A DNA stretch of 63,758 nt, counting the filler, from Reclinomonas americana ATCC 50394 (taxonomy: Eukaryota), in the NCBI GenBank assembly GCA_048213135.1. It is 14 parts of 14 records of this genome, joined end to end, with 100 filler letters (N's around TTAATTAATTAA, not from the genome) between each part and the next. Parts side by side here need not be neighbours in the genome. Positions count along the whole stretch, not along the records: positions 11,665 to 15,160 come from AFZH01018091.1; positions 15,261 to 22,661 come from AFZH01018092.1; positions 22,762 to 26,677 come from AFZH01018093.1; positions 26,778 to 32,064 come from AFZH01018094.1; positions 32,165 to 39,076 come from AFZH01018095.1; 9 more parts are not named here. One strand, written 5' to 3'. This document shows positions 14,667 to 32,326 of the stretch, piece after piece. Position 1 is the first letter of the stretch, and each line of letters starts with the position of its first letter. The notes under the pieces were generated by a model. That model was not told the DNA's origin, ran no database searches, and saw only the letters and a list, made by a program, of their open reading frames with translations. A program made the position numbers and the translations under genes.

Positions 14667-16078
14667 TCACTGCCGATGGCGACCATACTCGCGAATCAAG
14701 TCCTCGAGCGACACACCGCCCTGCAGCTCCGCCGGCAGTGCATCATACATGACTCGTGAAGGCACAAGCGAGCCGCGATTGGAGGCGTCCACCACACGCA
14801 GACCGAGAGACTCGCCGGCCTCCAACTCGCTCAGGTCCTCCCACGAGAACAACAGCGTGTCGGTGGCGCGCTCACTCAACACACCGAAATCAACGATTCG
14901 CACACGATTCGCTGAGTCCATGTGCACATCCACCGTGTCTGCAAACGACGAGCGCGACGGGGTGAGCGTGGGAGTGCACCGGGCAGTGACAAACGGACGC
15001 AACAGTCGGCCAGCGGAAACACGCCACGAACGACAGTCTCAAAAAACTCCTCAATCGCCTGCTGCGTCTGCGCCTGCGTGTCACTCTCGCCGAGGAACGG
15101 GTAGCAGGTGGATGTGTCGCGCTGCGAGATGCCTGGCGCGCCACAATGAGAGGCAGGGAGNNNNNNNNNNNNNNNNNNNNNNNNNNNNNNNNNNNNNNNN
15201 NNNNTTAATTAATTAANNNNNNNNNNNNNNNNNNNNNNNNNNNNNNNNNNNNNNNNNNNNCGGTGGGGGAAGAGGGGTGGTCGCCACTCACCAACAATTC
15301 TGCGATCCCGCACAAAGCACCGAAACTCGCCCGCCGCATTCACATCGCCGCGGAACTTTTGCAAGCACAGATGCACCTGCTCCCGTCGCGCCTCCGCACA
15401 CTCGGCCTCCGGTTCACAGAACGCATACCTACAAAAAAACAGTGAGGAAAAACACGCACTTGTCTCACAAAATGCAGCATATCGCAACGGTGCCGCCAGC
15501 TCATCCGCCACTGTCGTCGACGCCTTCAACGCCATGTACACCTCCGCCACCGTGAAGCACTGCAGCACGTTGCCGGGAAACATCCACCGCACATCCTGCA
15601 CTCACCGCCCGTGTGAGCACCACACACAGCTCAATTACAAGACATCGCTGGTGAGCCTCACCTCCGGTGCCGACCAGTCCAACTTGGGAAACACCGACGG
15701 GCCCACCTCACGAATCGCCTGCTCAATCGCCTGCTCCACCTCCGGGAAGCTAATCACAGCATCGGCCTCGTCCTCATGATCACCAGCAGCCTGCTCACAC
15801 ACACACACACGCACTAAGAACACACTCTATTCTCAGGAGACCGACTCACGTACATCATCAACATCGCGTGTCAAGTGTCGCGGAATGCGAAGGCCTGTGT
15901 CTTCCTCCTCCTCCTCGTCTCCAGCTGCAGCTGCTGTCGACAACAGGTATTGTGTGACAAAGGCCGGTGACAGAGGAATGATGCGCACGTCGTCGCGAGT
16001 CCACACGTGTCGGCGTGCGTCAAAGAGTGGGAACCACGCGGGAAACGCACATGCGTCGAGCTCCTCGCGCGTGGTCAT
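14667..16078 (-). CDS. CDC123: Cell division cycle protein 123 (D123, ATP-grasp), spans a gap
   Basis: CAFPAWFPLF, IIPLSPAF, FPKLDWSAPED, EVYMALKAS, EFRCFVR, ISQR and LLFSWEDL. Confidence 0.9.
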
Positions 16079-16149
16079 TGGAAGGTCGCGTCGCGGTCCT
16101 GTCGGTGCGTGTCCCACAGTCGGTGATTGATCAATCGCGCGCGCGCGCA

Positions 16150-20876
<4,727 letters not shown>

Positions 20877-21071
20877 ACGCGAGACGACAAGTTAATGTGG
20901 CCACACTTGTTAGTGAAGAGAAGAAAAAGAATCATGTGACGCTCCTCTGTGCGTGTGTGAGTGTGTGTCGTCGCGGAACGCCTGAGAAAGGAGAAGAACC
21001 CGAGCTTCAATAATTTGTACCACCACACCACACCACACCGCCAACAACACAATTGCCTGGCGCGCATTCCC

Positions 21072-22396
21072 TTATCCAGTGGCGGGCGCCGTGAAGGCTG
21101 CAGCGGCCACGGCACGCTTCTTCATGGTGGCGTGCACGGGGTCACGCTGCGGGCTGCTCTCGGTCGTCGACTTGATGGCGTCGGGGTGATCCTTCGGCAG
21201 CGTGTCTTTTTCGCGCACGTCGTGCACGCCGCCACCGCTCAGCTGCCGAATGGCGATCCGTGCAATCAGGTAGAACCAGTACACGTGCAGCACCTGCAGG
21301 ATGGTCATGCCGACGGTGAAGCGGCCCAGCCAGACCATGCCGACGATGTTGTAGTGGCCGTAGACACTGCGAGAGGCGTGTGAGGCAATGTGTGTGTCGA
21401 GCAACGAGGGACGCGTGATCGCACGCAACATGGCAGCGCGAATCGGCACAAGTGGGAAGAACGCGAGGCGGGCAAAGAAGAACGAGATGGCGAAGATGAT
21501 AAAGGTGACGTCGACGAGCTTCTCCAGCCTCAGATAGCGGAACGACTTGGCCGAATACAGGAAAATATCAGAGACGTCGTGCAACAGCAGCAGCAGCAGT
21601 CCGTGGCGGTGGCAGCTGTATGGCGCAGCGCAATGAGCGGATCTGGCAGCAGGGCGAGCACAACACAAAAACCGCACGCACCGCGCCCACGCCGAGAACA
21701 AGATCAGGAGAATGGTGGTGACATGATGAATCACATACACCCAAAAATCGTCGAGTCGCGTCTCGAAAAAGTGCGACACCAGCGCCTCCACGTAGAACGA
21801 CAACTCCAGCAGATAGTAGAAGAGGAACGACGGCCTACACACACAAGAAGCGCAACACGAGTGAGCAGGCACCTCTGCGCGCGCGTGTTGTGATGATGAT
21901 CACATCAATGCACCTGAACGGTTGCAGCGGCCAGTTCGCCCAGATGTTGGTCAGCGGGAACACTGTCCACTCCTCCGTCATAAACACCCAGAGCGCCATG
22001 GAGAACGCCAGGGTGTAGTACGTGGCGTACCACGAGTTCTCCAAGAACTTGCGTTCCAATTTGCGGAAGGTGGCCTCGTAGGCGACGGGGTTGCTCGTCT
22101 CACCGTGCCACCGCCGAAAGAAGCGCAGCGCGCAGAAGCGATACAGCTTCTTCACCACAAAGAAGCACAGTGCGAGGATGCAGATGGGCACGAGACCGCG
22201 TGCTTCACAGACGACGCGCTCGAGGTCTGTCACGAACAGCGCGTTGTTGGCGTCCACCACTGCATTGTGAGCAAAGGTGGAGATGTTGTCGCCAGAGTAC
22301 TCGTGGGTGAACCTGAGCAGCACAGACAAGGCGGGTGTGTGAGAAGTCTGGTCATTGGGCGAAGAATATACGCGAGCTGTGATTCGTCAACAACAT
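21072..22396 (-). CDS. Ceramide synthase (LAG1/TLC domain)
   Basis: KFLENSWYATYY, YYLLELSFY, Lag1 motif RLDDFWVYVIHHVTT..LHDVSDIFL, FFFARL, LQVLHVYWF and DVRE. Start position approximate. Confidence 0.9.
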
Positions 22397-23275
22397 TTTT
22401 GGCAACGCGCTCTTCTTCTCACACACACTTTTTTTTTTCTCATCGCAACTCCCGCGCGCGCAAAGAGAAACGAAACAATGTACACTTCTTCTCTCTCAGA
22501 CAAACATGCACACACACACGAGGGGGGAGAGAGAGAGCAGCGCACCATGATTGCTTGCCCCACATTTTTTCGAAAAAAGTGTGTGTGGTCGCGTGAGATC
22601 AATAAACACGTGTGGATCGAAAGCGGGTATGAGAGGTTTGATTGATTGTCCCTCGCGTTTTNNNNNNNNNNNNNNNNNNNNNNNNNNNNNNNNNNNNNNN
22701 NNNNNTTAATTAATTAANNNNNNNNNNNNNNNNNNNNNNNNNNNNNNNNNNNNNNNNNNNNAAACTGAACAAACTCTGCGTGTGTGTGTGTGTGTGTGTG
22801 TGTAGAAAAGAGTCAGTCTCATAATCGTCGTCGGAGTTTGTGTAGGAGGTAGCGGAGAGGGGAAGGAGGGAAAGGGCGATTGGCTGGTGTGTGAAAGGGG
22901 GGGAGACGGGGAGAACGGGGGAGAGTGGGCATGCACATGACATGCACAGCAACAGCTGAATGCGCAGAGGGAGGATGGTGCAAGCGCGGAGATTCCTCTC
23001 TTGCTTGGGGGGCAGGAATGGGAGAGTGTGAGTGTGGCTGTGTGTGCGGGAGACGCAACAGCTCCGCGAGCGCGTGTGGATCGGTCGATGCAGGACATGG
23101 ATGAGGTCGGATTCTTCGACGTCACAGCATTCTTCATTCACGCCATCCCCATCTCAAAGAGACAGAGAAACAAAAAGGAAAGAACACATTGCGGCGCAGA
23201 AACAAGGTTCACAGGAAAAAGGGGGGAAAAAAGTCTGTGAAGAAAAACCGGGGAAAAGACGTCTCTCGAGACCGC

Positions 23276-24507
23276 TTACTGCTGGTGGGTGATGGTGGTC
23301 TTGAGGAAACCGTTGCGGCTGCGGCGGTGGTGGTGGTTGTGGTGAGGAGCAGAGTCGAACGAGTTGCTCGTCTGGCACTGTTGTGCAAACAGGGCGTGTC
23401 AGATAAACTCTCAGAAACGAGAGAAAAAACTTTGGAAGTGAAAAAAACGCAACGCCCTGCGGCACGTCAAAGTCGTTGCTCGGCGGCGCCTCGGCGTGGA
23501 AGGTGCGGAAGGTGATGACGTCAAAGTCGGAGTCGTGGCGCTGGACAGTGAGGGCGACCGGGACGTTCGGGTTCGAGTCGTCGACGCACAGAGTCAGCTT
23601 GCGGCCGGCCTCCTCCTCCACCCACAGGTCGCACACCGTGCCGTCGGGGAACTTGCGCTGGCCCTGTATGCACACACACACACGTGTTACAACAACACGC
23701 AACGAGGAGGAGGAGGCAGGGCGACAGGAAACGCAACAATGTAGCCGGCGTAGTCGACAAAGCCAAAAGTGCGCGGCATGAGGCCGACAATGTCCTTCAC
23801 GTTGCAGTCTTGCTCGCTGCGCGCGCACACACACAGGCGGTAAGCACCAACAACAACAAACAAGCGAGCGTGTGTGCCGACAAGAGTACTCACCGAGGGA
23901 ACCACGACTGCACATGCGGAACAATACATCAACAATAATGTGAATTGAATGTGAGTCGCGATACCACGCGCGGTGCGTGTGTGTGTATGTGTGCTTGGTG
24001 TGGAGTGACGCAACGTAGACGCGGTGCAGGTCAAAGCGCTCAATGATCTCCACGTCGCGCTCCACGTTGGGCTGCACCTGGAACTGCCACAATTGGCGGC
24101 CGAGGCCCTTGGGCTGGTCCTGGTTCCACACACCCTATTGCACATGCACACTGGTGAGAAAGCAGAGCAGCAGCAGCAGCAGCAGTAGAGAGAGTGAGGA
24201 GAGAGGGGGACAGGTGGGGGTCGGTGCGAAATGTGACCGCCATGACGGAGAATAACAAACGCGTGCTTGCTCACCGTCGCGCGCACGACCTGGCGGCCGG
24301 GGCGAGCCACGTCGACGTGGATGAGGGAGGAGAAGGTCTCCGGACTGCACACGCACACACACGCAAGAGAGAGAGTGTGTGAGAACATTTGTGTGCGGAG
24401 AAATAGATGCAGGAAGAGAGACGCAACATCTTGGGGCGCGGCGGGTCCGCAGCATGCACAGCCGCCACCACCACCAGCGCAAGCACCACAAACAACACCG
24501 CCTTCAT
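23276..24507 (-). CDS. Secreted ependymin-related (EPDR/LolA-like) protein
   Basis: Signal peptide MKAVLFVVLALVVVAAVHA, then PPRPK.PETFSS, RFDL, a cysteine pattern, CDLW and FDVPQGC, as seen in ependymin-related proteins. Confidence 0.55.
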
Positions 24508-24685
24508 TTCTCTCTTCAAACGATTGGAAAAAACAATGGAAGATCTTGTCGGCGGCGGGCTCGCGAACGATCATGAACAGACGTTCCTCCGATTATGCGA
24601 CTCTTTCTCTCATCGTTCATTTAATCACACACACACTAACAAGCACTGCTCTGCTCTCGCGAAGCACACGGTGGGGTCGACCACC

Positions 24686-25889
24686 TTACTTGCCACTGTG
24701 AGCGTGTGATGCAATGAGTGATGTCCAAAAAAATCATGATAATCGCGACTGGAACGCAACATAAAGTCGAACTTGGTGATGAGGTTGAAGGCGCCGCGCA
24801 CGTTGAGCGGGTTCAGCAGCGTGCCCAGTGAGAGGAACGGGTTGCTCTTCAGCGTCAGTCCCAGGTTCACGAAACCGTCCAGCGCGCAACCAATGGCGTC
24901 GGTGCGGTTCTTCACGCCGTGCCACCACATCGGCGGGATGAACAGCGCATCACCCGGCTGCAGCTCCACCTGCGTGTCACACGCACACACACGAAGAGCA
25001 AGTGAGCATGAGTAGGCTCACACACTCTTTCTCTTTGGCATGCACAAAACCTTGTAGCCCGAGGCGTACTTGAACATCGGGAACGTCTTGATGTCGGGGT
25101 TGGTCGGGTCCTCTGTTATCATCCAAAGTGCTTGTCAGTCGCTGACAAAACACACACACACACCCCACTTTGCCAGTGCACGCAACGAATGGCGCTGCGG
25201 TAGAACAGGTTGGTGCTGCAGGGCTCAGCGTAAAAGTAGGGCAGCTGGTCCGGCGGGTAAATGTGCCACTCCTTGGTGCCCTCGATCTGCATGTTGAAGT
25301 TGGTGCCGACATCCGAGTGGATCTGGGTGTAGGTGTTCTGGGCGCTCATGAAGAGGAGACCCTCGTACTGGCCCGAGCCCATCTTGCCAATGTTGTGATC
25401 GGCGCCGCGCAGCTTCTGCACCAGGGGGTAGTTGACCTCCTGCAGCAGGGCCGGGTCGTGCACAAAGAACTCGTCGAGGCCGCGGCCGTAGACGCGCTCG
25501 CCGGCCTTGACCTTGTCGATGAACTCCTTGCACTTGATAAAGGTGAGGTCCTTCTTCGAGTGATCCTTGAAGACGGCCAGCTCCAGGTCGGGGTAGTTGC
25601 GGCGGAAGAACTCAAAGTTCCACTTGCCGACCGCCGTCCAGCCCTGCTCGCGGCCGAGGCCACGGATGACGACGGGGGTGTTGGTGCGGAGGTACTTGGC
25701 CTGGAACGACTCCACGTCCAGCTGCGAGGCCTGGATCGTCGGCAGCTCCACCAGCGTCGGGCCCTTGGCCTGCGTCGCCGGCATGTCCTTGGCCATCCAG
25801 TTGGTCACGCGGTGCTTCAGCGTCGTGATCACCGGCAGCAGCTTGTGCAGGCCGAGCATCGTCAGGAAGAACATGAAGTAGTACACCAT
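24686..25889 (-). CDS. JmjC (cupin-8) domain hydroxylase with hydrophobic N-terminus
   Basis: PVVIRG, KWNFEFF, LFMSAQNTYTQIHSD (HxD), NFNMQIEGTKEW and LQPGDALFIPPMWWHGVKN. Confidence 0.88.
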
Positions 25890-26777
25890 GACTGCGGGGA
25901 AGAGGCAGTTATAACCGTGAGTCGCATTGTCGGGCGTGACGCGCGGTGCGTGGCAGTGGGTGGAGAGAGGGGGGAGCTAGTGCGAGGCGCAGAGAGTGGG
26001 AAAAGATGCGCGGAGGGCGGGGGGAGAGGGCGCGCGTGTGCGTGTGCGTGTCGGTGTGATCAACATGACCCGATGTTGGGAAATGTTGACGCGGGCGCGC
26101 CCACACACGCACACACACGCGTGTGTGGGAGAGGAGAGCGAGGAAGATGTGGAAGAGTGGAAAGAGAGGGGAGAGAGTTTCGCATCGTGTCTTTTTTCCC
26201 GCTTGATGTCGTCATGAGTGTGCGAGTGACGAGGGAGAGAGAGAAACCACGAAAAGAAACCGTGGCCCCGTGGAGTTTACGCGTATACACACACAGAGAG
26301 AGAGGTACGTACTCTTGTAGAGTGGCACGCCGGGTGGGCGGAAAACGCCGAGCGTCTTGAGAATGCCGCCAAGCATGAGTATATGCACGCGCACAAGGGC
26401 ACAAAAAATATCGTAAGACAGAAGCCGGACGGATTCTCGGAGTTGAGCGGTGGATTCCTCGGCGATGCGCTCGCTCGCTACGTACAGCTGACGTGGGACG
26501 GTGCTTGCCTAATGTTGATTGATTGCGGAGAGCATGCACAAGATCAACGCCCCGTCGCCTTTATAGATGGTCATCGATGGGTGGAAGAAAAGGAAAAAAT
26601 GCGTGACCGGTATCGACGCATCACACACACTCTCTTCCCTCCCCCGCGACACGCAAAAAGCAACAACAGACACACTANNNNNNNNNNNNNNNNNNNNNNN
26701 NNNNNNNNNNNNNNNNNNNNNTTAATTAATTAANNNNNNNNNNNNNNNNNNNNNNNNNNNNNNNNNNNNNNNNNNNN

Positions 26778-28045
26778 GTGAGTTGTGTGCACTGCCATGC
26801 AAAACCTGACAAGTTTGACGACAAACCAGTCATGTTCTCGCCCAACTCCTTGGCCACTCGGCGCAGGTTCTTCAGTGAGATCTTGCCCGTGTCGTCTGCA
26901 GCGACGAGTGAGCACAGGCACACAAAGAGACAGCTGCGCAAACAGCAGATGCAGACCGTCGTCAAACAAGCGGAACGCCTTCAGCAGCTCCTCCCGCGAG
27001 TCCTTCTCCGACATCTTCGCCGTCATCATCTATCATGCACACAGGGGCAGCACAGGTGAGCCTCTGTGCACGTTGAGTCGTGAGCTGGCAAACATGCACA
27101 CCTCGAGGAACTCCTGGAAGTCGATCTGTTGGTTGCCGTCCTTGTCGGCATCTGACATCATCTTCTTGATCTCCTCCTTTGATGGCTCGAAGCCCAGTGC
27201 TCGCATGGCCACCTTCAACTCCTTGGCGTCGATTTGACCTGCAACACACAAACAACAAAGGAGTCAGGACATGTTGCACCTTCACCACCGCCCACACACA
27301 CACGCGCGCAAGACACACACGTGCAACACCGCACAATGCAACAAGTGAAGAGAGAGCGAGAAGGAGAGACAGCGCGCGCATGTGCATTCGCGAGAGAAAC
27401 AAGACGGGACATGGCAAGCACGAGAGAGAGGCGAGATGGCGCGCGCGCAACTCGTGCACTCAAACACACACGCACACACGCACACATACACCCAACGCAC
27501 CCGAGCCATCAGTGTCGAACAGATCGAATGCCTGTGAAGAAGAAGAAGAAAGAAAAGAGAGAGAGTCGCCAGAGAGATGAGTTTCAACGGGCTGCTCAAG
27601 GCAAGCGGGTAAATCGCAATCGTGACGCGACCTCGCGGATCTCGTGCTTCTGCTCCTCCGTGAGCTCCATCCGTCCGCGACCACGTGCGCGGGATGCACC
27701 AGCAGCAGGGCGACGATGAGAGGCCTGTGTGTGTGACACAAAGTGAGCGAGCTGGCTCTCTCCTATCGTTCAGCATGCGTGTGCGTATGCAAAGACGACT
27801 GTGTGTGCAGTATCTCTGTGCGTGTGTGCGGGTTGCATGCGGCGATGTGCGTGTGTGCGCTTGCGAGAGAAAAACTGCAACACGACGCACACGCACGCGC
27901 GCCGCGCAGCAATGTCCATGGCGCCAACGCGCGCACACAAAACGCACGCAGACGCACGCGCAGGAGTTACAAAGAGTGACACGCAGGAGAGAAGGGGCAG
28001 GGAGCGAACAGTGACTGCGACAGTTTGCGGCAGGGCACTCACCAT
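26778..28045 (-). CDS. CETN: Centrin (EF-hand), 3' end lost in gap
   Basis: [87 protein letters not shown]. The first coding exon is the ATG alone. Confidence 0.96.
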
Positions 28046-28476
28046 TTCGCGATTGAGTGTGAGTGAGTGTGATAGTGCGGGTCCGTTGGTCGGAGTGGGC
28101 GGTCGATTTCGGTCGACGGCGAAGTTGGTTTCGCGCGACTGGGTTTTCATCGCGTATGCACGGCTATGAAGTGGGGAGATAGTAGAAGCACTAGATGGTG
28201 GAGTTGCAGGGTGAGAAAGAGATGTACAGACCGAAAACTGGCGATTGCAATGTAATAATTGCGAATATCGAGAGCGGCTTACGGAAACAAACCCGGCTCT
28301 TTCTCCTCCTCTCGCCAGCTAAAACCACATGTACTGCGTCATTCGACTTCTCCAAACAAATGACAACAACAAATTCATTCACCAACAAACAAGCAAGCTG
28401 TCTTGATGACCAATCGATGATGTAACCATGTCGCTCCACCCTCTCCTTCTTCCTCACAATACAGTCTTCATTTTTT

Positions 28477-31400
28477 TTACAGCGACATATCCGAAGTACC
28501 CATCAGCACACGCGCCATGTGCCTATACTCCTCCAGCAATCGCGGAAGATCGGCCACCGTAATTGTCTCCGGCGTTACTTCGGCGAAAGAAATGGCCGTG
28601 AAGGAGGCCGACGAGGCCGGAGAGAAGGCACTGTGATGCAGGTGCGGTGCGGGACCAGGCGAGTGCGCCGAGGCCGGGAGTGCGGGCGATGCCGGAGGTG
28701 AGGACGAAGCAGACGAGTGCAGGCCGGTGGGGAGCGGGGAGTTGGATCGCGAGTTTGCTCGTTGCTGAACGACCGAGATCAACAACAACAACAACAACAA
28801 CGACACAAAAAAAGAGGGGGGGCGAGACACAACTGCCAATGCGGCCTTGTGCTGCTCAATGAGCATGGTGGGCACGGGGTGCGAGTCGGAGGAGACCGAG
28901 GAGACGGAGCCGCGACGACCCGACGGACTGTGGTGTGCGTGCATGGTCTCCAGCATCGAGTGGTGGCCGGAGGGCATGGGCACCGAGCTGGACATGTGCA
29001 GTGGCGCATGCTGGCCGAGCAGCGGCGGACCACCGCCAGTGGACGAGCTCTGTCCGAACACGGTGCGTGATCGCTGCCGCCGGAGCACCACGGGCTCGGC
29101 TGGTGCCTGTAACGTGCACGTTGACAGTCAGCAACCACTTTCCGAGACAAGGAGAGAAAAAGAGAGGAAGGCACAAACAGCACAGCGCACCTCGTGATGG
29201 TGATGGAGAATGTGATGCTGCGCCGAGAGAGGAAGCACAAAGACAGGAAAAGAAAGAAAGAAGAAAAGGAAGAGAAAACAATCGTGAGCGCGACGGCGCA
29301 CGCGAGAATGGCGAGAACAGACGCAACATCAACCGGCATCATGGAAAGGTGGCGACTGGCGACGGTGAATCCCTGACTGAGAGGAGAGGTGGCTCGCGAA
29401 CGCGGACTGCGCGGTGGACTGTCCTCATGACTGACACACGTGAGCGGCGACAAACATAAAAACAGCAAACGACATTGCAGTTGTGTGCGCGCAACGTTTG
29501 GGCCGGCGACGACTCAGCCGTGCTCGGCTGCGACGACGACGACGGAGTCGGTTTGATGCGCGAATCGGCACGAATGCTCTCCGCATCAGTGCTCTCAATG
29601 TACAAGCATGCCGCCTCAAAGTGCGGGAACCAGTAATCCGCCAGCGCAAAGAGGCTGTCGCCCTCGGCCGCCCCACCCACATCCTCCAAGGCACCCTCGG
29701 CCAGCTGCATGAAGCGCTGTGATACACTGATTCACACACACACGCGAGTTAAACGAAACAGTATGCAAGGCAATGGCCGACACCACGAGGTAAACTACGC
29801 ACGAGAGATCGGAGCAGAGGGTCGCCGGTCGGCACTTGATAATATTGTAGATGAGAATGGGAATAAAGTCGTCGGCCGACGGCATGATCTTGTGCACGCT
29901 GCCCGACAGCTTCATCAACTCTGCGCGCACCAGCAATGAGTGTCAGCAAACAGCAAACAGCACCTCCTCCCCCGCTGCACTCACCAAACAGACTGCTGGT
30001 AAAATGTACAATACAGCGAAGCTTGTCTTGCGGGCCAGTAAACTTGCTCATCTTTTCGAGCTCTGCACAAAACAATTCAGCGACATATATCACTCTCTCA
30101 CACGCAGCCTCCAACACGTTGCAAAACACACACCATCGCGTGCCAGCTCCCACGTCTTCTCGCACAAGAAGGCCTTCGGAATGTCCAGCAACTGCGGCGT
30201 GACAAAAGACAGCTCCATCAATTTTTGCATCATCTTCATGTCCTTGCCGTCGTCGGGACTGGCGAGGCCACTGTAACCAATCACCAACAGTGAGCCTCTC
30301 CTCGCCAACTCATCTCTCTCTCTCTCACACACACACACGCACTTGTTGTGGATGCGAGCCAGAACCATGTTCTGACCCGAGCGCACAGCATGGTCGATCT
30401 CCAGCGCCGTGATGCCCTTTCCTGGGGTGCCGCCATAAAAGCGCTTCACCTCTAGTCGCAGCTGCTCGCCGAAATCGCGCAGCTTGTCGTTCATCTCCTC
30501 AATGTATGCACAGCCAGGCAGCTCCTCCAGGAAACTGCGCGAGGGGAATCGTACACGCTTACAACACATGCGCAGTGTGGTGGAGCGGCTCGAACGCTGC
30601 GCAACTGCCCGATCAAGCCCTGAATGCTCTCATAGAACGGCGTCATGCGCTGCTCCTCGAGGAATTGAATGAGGCGCTCACGCTCCGTCGACAGTTCTGC
30701 ACGCAGACGGGGGATGAGTGGTTTGGCGACAACAAACAAAAGGAAAGGAGACGAACCCTTGATCTGCATGGACAGCAGTTCGGTCGACAGCAGAATATTT
30801 TCCTTGGTCTTGCGCAAGTCTAGCAGCATGTGAGCGCGTGCATCCATGTCCTGCACCTCGCAGTCAATACCCCCTCGGCAACCCAACCACTATGAGCAGC
30901 AGCAGCAGCACCACACCTTGCCGATTTCAGCGAGCAGTGCTTCATAGTCATTCTCCGAGTACTCGGGTCCGAGTCTCTCCAGCTCCACCATAATCTCTCG
31001 GATGGACGCCGCCACCATCAAGGACCCGCTGGAGCGCTCTTGCTACTCACGCACGATTATCAGCATACGAAGCGATCAGCGGCAAGCGACGAAAGATACG
31101 CAACGTGGACGGCGCGTTCCAAGAATCGCATCAGGGTACACGCCGAGTGCACATAATCGGACAGGTCGATTGAACACACCAGCTGCCGCAGTCGTGTCTT
31201 GACCACTCGCGTGCCGTCCACCGCGCCCCAGAATTGATCCTCTGGTCGCACAATAAGTGAGCGACAATGCGACCGGTATAGCTCCCCTTTTTCTTTCTCC
31301 TGCAACTCACCAGTAATTGGTGGCTTGTATGGTGGTCGTGCTTCGTGCACCAGCAAATACTTGGTGGAGGTGGGCGGCCGCTCAGGGTCCGGCTGGCCAA

Positions 31401-31890
31401 TGGCGCGCAGAATCTCCTCCAGCTCGCACACCATGTCCTCCGGCTGCCAAGCGACACAAGGTAATCTTCGTCAGCACAACAGTACATGCACGCGACGCAC
31501 AAGGGCACCACGCAATATACGTCACCTGAGCAGCCATGTGGGACCACAAAATGAGGTGCGCCGTGTACAGATCCTGGTTGGACATGCAGCCGGGCAGAAT
31601 CGGATACTCGGCCTGCGCACGACCGTGAGTAGCAAGTTGCAATGCACAGAGGACAACAAGGCAACGCACCAAATCGTCGACTTTGCAGTGCTCGTACACC
31701 TCCTCGAGGTCTGCCACCTGCGCCACTTGCTCAAAGAACGATTGCAGGCGATCCGAGTTTTCGCGAATGAAATGGTTCATGCTCTTGCACGGACTCTTGT
31801 CGTTGAACTCGGTGCCGTATGCCGTGTGACTCAGCACCGTTCCGATCTGGGAGGGAGTGAATAAGTCACGCATTATGCGGAGTGTGCCCA
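28477..31890 (-). CDS. RasGAP C-terminal-like region plus VPS9 domain protein (GAPVD1-like architecture), 5' partial
   Basis: VPS9 motifs ELEKMSKFTGPQDKLRCI, SADDFIPILIYNIIK and YWFPHFEAACLYI. Upstream FNDKSPCKSMNHFIRENSDRLQSFF resembles the end of a RasGAP domain. Confidence 0.7.
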
Positions 31891-32326
31891 CACACACACA
31901 CGCATTCCACAAGCACATGTCTCCACAAACACACACTCACACGCACACAGCCCGAGAAACACACGGAACACTCACGCACACGTCTCTCTTTCTCTCACAT
32001 ACTCCCTCTCCATGTCTCATTTGTTTATCTCTCCCCCTCCCCCTCCCTCCCTTCCCCTCCCTTTNNNNNNNNNNNNNNNNNNNNNNNNNNNNNNNNNNNN
32101 NNNNNNNNTTAATTAATTAANNNNNNNNNNNNNNNNNNNNNNNNNNNNNNNNNNNNNNNNNNNNAGCTTCCTCTCCCTCTCAGCACCCTCTTCACGAGAC
32201 TACTCTGACAGAGGCACCGAGAACGCGCACACGGTCGCTTGTTTCAGAGAGTGACAGATTAGATGCAGTAGCGCGCTCGCGGGCGGCAAACTCACCTCCA
32301 CTCACTCATCTCACACGCTCTCGAAC